Below, one piece after another: positions 53,836 through 64,000 of a stretch of DNA of 64,000 bases. Numbering within the stretch: position 1 is the first letter of the stretch; every line of letters begins with the position of its first letter. The DNA lies in NCBI RefSeq assembly GCF_009914755.1, contig NC_060945.1; one strand, written 5' to 3'. The notes beneath the pieces are model-generated. The model was not told the origin of the DNA, made no database searches, and was given only the letters and a program-made list of their open reading frames with translations. A program made the position numbers and the translations under genes. This DNA is from the human T2T-CHM13v2.0 reference genome, Homo sapiens.

Positions 53836-54649
53836 TTTAAAGTTGAAAATGTATTGATACCTAAATAATCTTTCTGTACTACTTGTTATTTGATGCTTTT
53901 TTAGTACCAAATATTTGATACACCTTACACCTTTAAGGCGTAAGGTGATATTTTAGTGACTTATCTAACCCTCCTGAAATTTATTCAACTTTTTTCTCTA
54001 TTCTGTGTCCTATAACTTTCCATCACTTGATTTTTCATCCTATTGCCAAATACTACACTCAACTTAAAAAGTCTTGACTGCAAATGTTTCTGTGTTTTTA
54101 ATTTCTAGAATTATAATAGGTATCTTATTTCTCACAATATATTTAATATTTGAAAAAATGATTTTTGAGTTATAAAGTACTTTTAAAACTTTGAAGTATT
54201 TGACATTTTAAAATAGAAAGATGTTTATGATGAGAATCATTAACTTTGGGTTTTAATAATCCTCTAAGCACTATTTACACAAAAAATTCTTTTTTAAAAA
54301 AATTCAACAGGATTTTTGGGAAGAGGTGGTGTATGGTTACATAAATAAGTTATCTAGTGGTGATTTCTGAGATTTTGGTGCACCCATCACCCGAGAAATG
54401 CACACTGTCTCCAATTAGTAGTCTTTTATCCCTCACCTCCCTCCCACCCTTTCCCCCGAATCCACAAAGTCCAATGTATCATTCTTATGCTTTTGCATCC
54501 TCATAGCTCAGCTCCCACTTATGAATGAGAATATACAATCTTTGGTTTTCCATTCCTGAATTACTTCACTTAGAATAATGGTCTCCAATTCCAGCCAGAT
54601 TGCTGTGAATGCCATTATTTTATTCCTTTTTATAGCTGAGTAGTATTCC

Positions 54650-55386
54650 GTTATATATAAATATAATTATATATAAATATAATATAAATATATATTATAA
54701 TATGTAAAATATATATTTACATTATATATATAATTATATATAATATAAAAATAAATTATATACATTTATATATAAATATATACTTATATATACTTATATG
54801 TTATATATAATTATATATGTTATATATAAGTGTATATAGTATATACACATATATATTTTTATATATGTATAAGTATATATATACTTACACTATATATACT
54901 TATACTATATATAAGTATATACTTATATATATACGTATATATACATAAGTATATATGTATATATATAAGCTTATATATAATTATATATACTTATATATAT
55001 TTATATTATATATAAATTTTTATAGCTGAGTAGTATTTATATATATAGATATTTATATTTTTATAGCTTAGTAGTATTCCATTATATATATTATATATTA
55101 TATATATCATTATATATAATATATATGAAATATATATTCCATTATATATAATATATAATATATATTCCATCATATATAATATATATAATATATATTCCAT
55201 TATATATTATATATAATATATTCCATTGTGTATTATATATAATAGATATACCATTATATAATATATAATATATTTTCCATTATCTATTATATATAATATA
55301 TATTCCATTATATATATTATATATATAATGGAATACTACTCAGTATAAAAATTTTATTTATATATATAAAATTCCATTTTATATAA
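54650..55386. repeat. (TA)n-rich low-complexity expansion
   Basis: ~740 bp of almost pure A/T with recurring TATATTCCATTATAT units. Confidence 0.95.
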
Positions 55387-55559
55387 CACTTGTTGATTGA
55401 TGGGCATTTGGCTTACTTCCATACTTTTGCAATTATGAATTGTGCTGCTATAAATGTGTGTGCAAGTATCTTTTTTGTATAATGACTTCTTTTCCTGTGG
55501 GTAGGTACCCAGGAGGAGGATTGCTGAATCAAATGGTAGTTCTACTTTTAGTTCTTTAA

Positions 55560-56039
<480 letters not shown>

Positions 56040-56044
56040 TATTG

Positions 56045-56320
56045 GTTTCTTTTTTTGACACGGAGTCTCACTCTGCCACCCAGGGTGGAGTGCAGTGATG
56101 CAACGTCTCCCTCTTGGGTTCAAGCAATTCTCCTGCCTCAGGCTCCCAAGTAGCTGGGATTACAGGTATGGGCCGCCACACCCAGACAATTTTTGTATTT
56201 TATTAGAGAAGAGGTTTACCATGTTTGCCAGTCTGGTCTCGAACTCCTGACCTCAAAAAATCTACCCGTCTTGGGCTTCCAGAGTGCTGGGGTTACAAGT
56301 GTGAGCCACTGCACCCGGCT
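56045..56320 (-). mobile_element. AluS, internally deleted right arm
   Basis: GGGTTCAAGCAATTCTCCTGCCTCA..CTGGTCTCGAACTCCTGACCTCA. Confidence 0.88.
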
Positions 56321-57459
56321 TGCATTGTGGTTTTGATTTGCATTTCCTTGATCATTAATGATGTTGAGCAGTTTTTCATATGTTTGTTTGCCATTTGTGT
56401 ATCTTCTTTTGAGAATTGTCTATTCGTGTCCTTTGCCCACTTTATGATGAGATTGTTTTTATCTTGCTGATTCGTTTGAGTGACTTGTACATTCTGGATA
56501 TTAGTTCTTTATCAGATGTATAGATTGCCAAGATTTTCTCCCAATATGTGGATTGTCTGTTTACTCTGCTGATTGTTTCTTTTGCTGTGCAGAAGCTTTT
56601 TATTTTAATGAAGCCTCATCTATTTATTTTTAGTTTTGTTGCATTTGCTTTTGGGTTCTTGGTCATGAGGTCTTTGACTAAGCCAACGTCTAGAAGGATT
56701 TTTCCAATGTTATCTTCTAGAATTTTTATGTTTTCAGATCTTAGATTTAAGTCCTTGATCCATCTTGAGTAGATTTTTGCATAAGGTGAGAAATGAGGAT
56801 CCAGTTTTGTCCTTCTACATGCGGCTTTCCAATTATCCCAGCACCATTTGTTGAATAGGGTGTTGTTTCTCCACTTTATGTCTTTGCCTTGTCGAAGATC
56901 AGTTAGCTATAAGTATTTGGGTTTATTTCTGGGTTCTCTATTCTGTTCCGTTGATCTATGTCTATGTGCCTATTTTTATACCAGTACCATGCTGTTTTGG
57001 TGACTATGGCCTCCCTGGTGTGAAACCCACTTGATAATGGTGGATTATCTTTTCGATATGCTGTTGGATTCAGTTAGCTAGTATTTTCTTAAAGATTTTT
57101 CCATCTGTATTCATCAAGGATATTGGTATTCTTTTTTTTTGTTTTGTCTTTTCCTGGTTTTGGTATTAGGGTAATACCAACTTCATAGAATGATAGCAGA
57201 AAGATTTCGTCTTTCTCTGTCTTGTAGAATAGTGTCAACAAGATTAGTACCAATTATTTTTCAAATGTCTAATAGAATTCAGCTGTGAATTCATCTTGTC
57301 TGTACTTTTTGTTGGCAATTTTACTGTTTTATATACTTAAGCAGATAGGCCCCATTACGTACATTTTCTCAAGATAAGCAGTAACTAGTTCTCAAGTAAG
57401 AGGACTTAATGGCATCTTTTATTACACATCCTAAATTTATATGGAAATTGGGGTAACCA

Positions 57460-57682
57460 TCTATGTTAGCACAATTGAGCAACCAGTTAACAATAATTTA
57501 TTGTATATTTCATAATATCTAAGAGAGGATTTGAGATGTTTCCCCCCAAAAAGATAAATATTTAAAGTGACAGATATCCCAATTACCCTGATTTGATCAT
57601 TACACTTTTTATACTTCCACCAAAATATCATATGTATTTTATAAATATATACAACTATTATGTATCCATAAATTAAAAAACA
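57460..57682 (+). mobile_element. L1MA4/5-like 3' end
   Basis: AACAATAATTTTATTGTATATTTC...CCCAATTACCCTGATTTGATCATTACAC...TGTATCCATAAATTAAAAAA. Confidence 0.8.
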
Positions 57683-58079
57683 AACTTCTTAATCTCAAAT
57701 AGAGTAAAATGATAAACTAAGGAACAGAGGCAAAAATAGTATATGTGTCTTCGGGCAAAATATTAGTTTTGAAAATAAACAAATAAAAACACAAATATAG
57801 CAGACATTGGATTAGACCTCTAAAGGAGGCAGGATGTTTGAATTGAAGAATTACTCCCTTTACTTTTACTTGTTTCTTTCTCTGCCCTTCTTATTGTGAT
57901 CTCAGTTGCCACAATTATATCTGCAACCCAGAACTCTGTGAAGGCATATTGGTGAAGGCTCAAAGTCATTAAATTTTGAACAGATGTTTATCATTTGACG
58001 CAGCACCAATGTTGACAACACTAGTCACTGTCACAATGACACTGGCTTGTCGAAGGGCACTGGTGGAAATGGAGAAAAA

Positions 58080-58300
58080 TTAATGACATAACATTTGCAG
58101 AGAACTTACTATACTTACTGTGTATCTGTCACTGTGTTCAATACTTTGCCAGAATCTCCTAACAACAGCTCTGAGATACAGGTTCTATCAATAATTTATC
58201 ATCACTGTATAGTTAAAAAAATTTGGGCTTATTCAAGATCATACTGATAATAAGTGGTAGATCCAGGATGTGGGTCCAATTGATATGTGGCCAGAGCCTG
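58080..58300 (-). mobile_element. MIR
   Basis: AACATTTGCAGAGAACTTACTAT...AACAACAGCTCTGAGATA...AAGATCATAC..TAAGTGGTAGA..CCAGAGCC. Confidence 0.65.
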
Positions 58301-61071
58301 TGTACTGTGCAAATTTCTAAGGTGTTATACTTGTCTAGTCTCCCCATCACTGTATGTATGTATGTCTTGAAAATTGATGAAGCCACCATTGCCACTGCTG
58401 ACACTTCACGTTAGCTGTGCATTCCTCTTAGGAACAGCTCACCTCAATCATGCAAATTTCAATAGATTAAAACCTTAACAACCTCCTAATCTAATAACCT
58501 TTGTTATATGTCATTAATAAAACATCTCCTTTGGTTTGACTTTTATTTGCAGTGTTTGTCCTTAAAACTTAGGCATAATGAAAGAATCCAAACTGGCAAG
58601 AGGCAGCCATTATGGTCTCTTCAAAATTTCTTCACTCTATTTTCCTTTGTCCTAGAAAACTCTTGAGTTCTCCCTGAAAGGAGACTAAAGAACAATCCTC
58701 TGCAGATGTGTCTGAATCCTAAAATGAACTTAAGGTATGTCTAAGAAGGTTCCACAAGAATTCCTAGACTTCTAAGATATTTTTGTATTCCAATATTTAA
58801 TGTAGTATTTATATTAGATTGTGTATAAGTTGCTACTTGTTGGGAAATTTTGACTTATTGCCTTATTCTCTTCATTTTTAGATTTTTAGTTCATAGAAAA
58901 ATAAATTGTTTAATTCTCAATGCCAAATATTTGATGAGAATCCAAAGAGGAATTAAAACTATATTTGTTACTGTCATTCTAAAACTTAGCTACATGCTTT
59001 AGCTTTTCAGATACAATTGTGACAGATATAGTACACATTGCTCTTTTGAAAAGTTTGAGTAAAATAAAATAATGAAAATGCAAATATTTAAACTTATAAG
59101 CTGATTTTTCTGTTTGGTGAACTTGTAGCAGAACTCTGCTTCTGCACATAATATTCTTTTAGAAACCATGTATTATTTCTCAATGTTGATTTATATTATC
59201 ATATTCTTATAAACTGTACTATGTTTCTGTTGTATGAATGCATTTGTACAACTCTGTGCATATGCCAAGCTTGAATAGGAAGTATTGAAAATAGAGCAAA
59301 GAGGATTTTTATTTAATCTGAAGGAAAGATTATATAAAATATATATTTACTTTTGATAAGTAAGATTATATGTTAAATCTCACCTGAGGTATTTTAAATA
59401 GCCCAGAGTTTGAGAAATGCCTTACTGATGATTGTCCTTTTTGGGGTCATCAGAATTGACTACATTTCTTTGGGTAAATGTGGGTTGTTTCCCTGAAGGT
59501 ATGGATTCCCCAGCAGATAGTCTTTTGTGGAATATGAAAATTTATTACCTAAAATCCTGCTGTGGGAAGGAGACCATAGGCTGGAGAGAGGAAAAAAAAA
59601 AAAAAGACCTTCTTCCTTCTGCTGGTGTGCAGTTAGTTTGGCCCACATTCTAAGGGATGGACAGAAAGACCTGAGACTCTTAGTGATGGTGGCATGAGGG
59701 GTAGGTGAGTTCTCCTTTGCCAAGTGGAGAAATGCTAAAAGCCTGCCAAGAGGTGGCCTGCAAAGGGACTTGTGACGTGTTTCAGACTGTGCAGTACTTG
59801 AATATTATTTTTCACGGTAAGTTCTTTCATCTAAGGGAAAGTTTTGAATACCGGCTTATTAAATGAAGTAATTTTAGTATTTGTGAAAGCAATTAGGGAT
59901 TTTTTTTGTCTATTGTTGGGGTGAAGTATAAATGTATATAAAAGTGCATATTCACTACAGCACTCTTTGGGCATTGCAACCTATCAGTCTCACAAGGGCC
60001 AGAGACAGGAAGCAGGGAGAAGAAGAAGAAGGGCTCTGAATTAAAGGATGCCTAAGACTTGTTTTCAGTATGCATAAACTGGAATATTGGTACCTTCCAG
60101 AAGTAGTTGGCAGGTAAAACTAAGGGAAACTAATTTCCTTAGGTAAAAATAGGGTGGGTGCAGTAGGACCATGAATACAGAATTTGTAGCATATACATCT
60201 AAATTTCAATTTAGCAAAGAATCCCAAGAAGAAAATTACATGCAATCACTTTCTACAGTAATTTTCCTCTAAGTTCCCTGTCCTTAAAAGAAGCTAATAT
60301 GATGAAGTGGCTGAATAGACCTAGTAGGAAGAGATGCTAAAGAATGGGATTATAGTAATTTATTATTCAATCATCTATAAGATAGTTTTACCTATATGTA
60401 ACATAAATTAGGTAGCAAAATTACCTGGGGAAAAATAACATCAGTCTAGTGGCCGAGAATGAAGAAATATCTACAGGGAAAACTCATCTCTGGCAAGCAG
60501 AAAAGATGAGATTTCATAAAATGAGGTTTAAGGGGAATAGTTCACTTTCATTGGTTTTTTCCATGTAGCAGCTCAAGATATTAGAAAGCAAAAAAACAAG
60601 ATTACCAAAGGATAAAGAATGGGAAATTAAATAAAAGAACACTATCAAGTTTGAATTAAATTCAACACCTATTTAGGTGAGTTACCAGAGAGCTCAGTTT
60701 TAAGAATCAAGCAAATCTTGAATGTATACCTAGTAGATACATCATGATGCGTTTTTTCTTTTAGAACTATTCTTTTATGTTTTTTTCTTTCCATTTCCAC
60801 GTGATTTGTTTGAGACAGTCAGTGAGGACACCACACCCTTCACCCAACCCCAATACACACATAGTAACAGAAGAGGCGTATTTGCCAGTTTTCCATAATG
60901 TCCATGATGGGCCAATGGGAATTTTTTACTTGAGAATGAGAATTTTTAGAAAAGATACATGGAATTTTAGATGGCTATTTTTAAGTGACCTGATCAGTGA
61001 ATGTGTTTCAAAAAAAGCTTTGATAAGCCCTTATGCTTTATGTTATTAGTTGTATATTTGCAATATATATA

Positions 61072-61415
61072 CAGTCATCTGCCACATAACATTTCAGTCA
61101 GCAGTGGACCTTGTATACAATAACGGTTTTATAAGATTATAATACTCTATTTTTACTGTGCATTCTCTATGTTTATATATGTTTAGATACACAAATACTT
61201 ATCATTGTGTTACAACTGCCTATAGTATTTAGTAGAATCACATGCCATACAAATTTGTAACCTAGGAGAAAAAGAGTATAACACATAGCTTGGATTGTTG
61301 TAGACCCTACCATCTAAGTTTGTGTAAGGATACTCTGTGATATTAGCGCAATGATAAAAGTCACCTAATGACGCACTTCTCAGAGTCTATTCTGTTTTTA
61401 AGTGACACATCACTG
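61072..61415. mobile_element. Tigger3a/MER7A DNA transposon
   Basis: TA-CAGTCAT ... ATCACTG-TA termini with TA TSD; internal TTAGATACACAAATACTTATCATTGTGTTACAACTGCCTA. Confidence 0.88.
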
Positions 61416-61738
61416 TACATATATTCTTTTTAATGATTATTAATTTCTCAATTTGGACCCATGAAAAACTATTATATTCTTTTAATAACTGCTCACTCTT
61501 TCACTAGAGCTTCCTGAAAGCTGGTTCCATTTTCCAAAGTCAGATAACATTATCTAATAGAGGATATGATATAAATGTTGCCAGAAATTTGTCCAGAAGG
61601 ACAAATTTAAGAATGTTAAATATTTCATGCAGTTCTTGTGAGTAAGTTACTATGGACAATATACTACCATATAGATACTCACAAAAATTATAGGTTAAGA
61701 TCAAACATGAGATGACAGTCAATTGCATTCAAATGATT

Positions 61739-61752
61739 ACACACACACACAG

Positions 61753-61781
<29 letters not shown>
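61739..61781. repeat. (CA)n microsatellite followed by (TA)n
   Basis: Direct inspection. Confidence 0.95.
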
Positions 61782-61783
<2 letters not shown>

Positions 61784-62393
61784 ATACTGATTCATGAAAA
61801 TAAATATCTCACTTTATTGTAAGAATGAGAATATAGCCATGTGGCAAAATAGGAATTGAAAAGGAATTTGTCAGTGGAGACCTTTGCTGTAATATGAACA
61901 TTTAGATAAATTGGCAAAGATTTACAAAATCTTCTACTACTGTCAACTTGCTCATGCTAGATGACTCTTTCCTAGGTAGCATATCTCATCTAAACAAATT
62001 CAAACATTTGTAGTTGAGTTAAACAAAATATATTTGAGCACATTTTCTGTTGAAATGTTAATTCATAGAGTAAAACATTAATTTACAATTTGGAAGAATT
62101 GCAAGTAGAAAATCATGTTATAAATGTATTGAATCATTATGTTCTCCAATGCCTAGTCCATATGTATTATTTTTCCAAATTTAAAGAGGTCAGATTTTTA
62201 AAAAATACAATGTTTTTTGAATCTTCCCATGTTTAGCTCCCCTCTAATTATTTTAAGAGCTAATGTCATTATTAAAGAAGACATTTTGAAGATCCTCTTC
62301 CAAGACTCTTCCAGGCATTTACTAATTTTGTGACATATTTTTGTTAGAAAGCATCTGGAAATTGGATCTCAGTGACTTACCAAAAGAAATTAA

Positions 62394-62463
62394 ATATATA
62401 CATACATATATGTGTGTATATATGTATGCATATATGTATATATACGTATATGTGTATATATAT
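62394..62463. repeat. (TA/TG)n microsatellite
   Basis: Direct inspection. Confidence 0.9.
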
Positions 62464-62612
62464 GGTTTTACATTTAAGTACAAGGAATAACATTTAAATA
62501 CCTTTGCACTGTCTTCTTTAATATAACATTGTATTTCAAAAAAGAAATAAAATATTAGATCCAATTTTTATTATGCTACATAAGAAAACATGGAAAATTA
62601 AATAATGGCATC

Positions 62613-63110
62613 TATATTGTTTTCCTGTTACTGCTGTTAATAAATGATTACAAACTTAATGGCTTAAAACAACAAAAAATTATTATCTTATGGTTCTAGA
62701 AGACAGAAATCTGAAATGTATCTTATGGGTTCAAATCAGGGTGTCCTCAGAACTGCATTTTCTCTGGAGACTCTAGAGAAGATTCCATTTTCTTACATTT
62801 TTCAGCTTCTAAAAGCTACCTGCATTCTTTGTTCTGTGACTCCTTGTTTTATCTTCAAAGCACATCACTCATAACTCCACTCTTTATCTTTATATCACCT
62901 CTCCTCTTTGACACTCTGATAGTTTTGTCTACTTTTGTCAAGAACACTTGTGCCTGTATTGGGCCCATTGGGATAATCCAGGGTAAACTCCCCATTCAAG
63001 GTCCTTAATATAATGACAGGCACAGAGTTCCTTTTGCTAAGTAAGATAATGCAGTCTCACGCTGTATGGTTTAAGACCAACCTGGGGGAGGCATTTTTTA
63101 GCCTACTATA
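62613..63110 (-). mobile_element. MLT1D-like solo LTR
   Basis: ACAAACTTAATGGCTTAAAACAAC...GGGCCCATTGGGATAATCCAGG...AGCCTACTATA. Confidence 0.8.
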
Positions 63111-63704
63111 CTGTTTCTAGCCTTAGAAAAAGGCACAATTTTTTAATGGCCAAGAAGTAAAACAGAATTAAAACCATAATCTCAGTGTTAGGATGCTGTC
63201 TCTCAATTCCATTTAAATATTCTTGTTCTTAAAGCTATGTAACAGATCAAATTATTTAGAAAATAGTGCTATTAAGTGCAAAGTGAGTTGTTGGAGAGGT
63301 CAACAACATGACGGTTGTAGGTACCTTAATAAGAAACAAACAAGACAGAAAAATAGTTTGAACTAATAATCGAACTAATTGCGGAAATTTGAAGAGGGAC
63401 TTAAAAATAATAAATTAAGCAAGTTTACCAATACTGCTAAAAGAATGAGCTAAAAATACACAAATGATTGGATTGATAACTGGTAGAATAGGGAAAAATA
63501 AATTTAAAATGTAAGAAATATTTTAAAATATTGACTCAAAATATCCTTGAAGGATCTCAGGATGGAATATAGACAATTATATAAAAATTTAAAATATTAA
63601 AAAGTATTACTAGTAGTGCAGGGAAAGAGGACATGGGAAGATGTTGGTCAAAGGGTACAAAATTACAGTTACACAAGATGAATTTCAAGAAATGTACTTA
63701 CATA

Positions 63705-64000
63705 CGCCACCCTTAAATATGTGGACCATAATTTTCTACCCCATAATTGTGTCCCAGTCTCTTTCAAGGAGTACTGTAGAAAAGTGGAGCTTCAAGAAAA
63801 TAACTACACAGTGAAGAAGCCTGACAAACACCATTTCAGCCAGTTGACCAAGGTTAACATCATCAGTGATGTCATCCTGATAGCATGCACCTTATTATGG
63901 TGTAATCAGAATGGCATTTTACCTGTGTGGTCTTCCACCCAAGAACTCCTAATCCCAATCTAATATTGAGAAAAATATCAGAGGAACCTTAATTGATGAA
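63705..64000 (+). mobile_element. L1MC/MD 3'UTR fragment (runs off the window)
   Basis: GAAGCCTGACAAACACCATTTCAGCCAGTTGACCAAGGTTAACATCATCAGTGAT. Confidence 0.75.

Overview
This is AT-rich, gene-poor primate DNA, almost certainly human: it carries an AluYa5 with all five diagnostic positions and an L1PA2-type 3' end. More than half of the window is interspersed repeats. These include L1 (L1PA2, L1PA7/8, L1PB, L1MA/MC/MD), Alus, MaLR LTR elements (one complete MSTA LTR-int-LTR), solo ERV LTRs (MER9, LTR2), DNA transposon fossils (MER2, MER119, Tigger3a, MADE1), L2 and MIR. No protein-coding gene is supportable: the listed ORFs are L1/Alu/MaLR remnants, low-complexity reads or chance ORFs. The one RNA-gene-derived feature is a full-length retroposed U4 snRNA pseudogene that matches RNU4-2 at the diagnostic positions. 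I could not find a new multi-gene biological system. The most unusual signals are structural: (1) a MER9 solo LTR flanked by a 30-bp duplication instead of a ~6-bp TSD; (2) a ~400-bp AT-rich quasi-palindrome with 48-bp perfect arms; (3) an AT-rich expansion inside L1PB1 with direct and inverted copies of an L1 motif; (4) an orphan L1 5'UTR/promoter; (5) twin-priming L1 inversions; (6) an AluY whose tail has become a G-quadruplex-like tract. Repeat subfamily names come from remembered consensus sequences and need RepeatMasker/Dfam confirmation.
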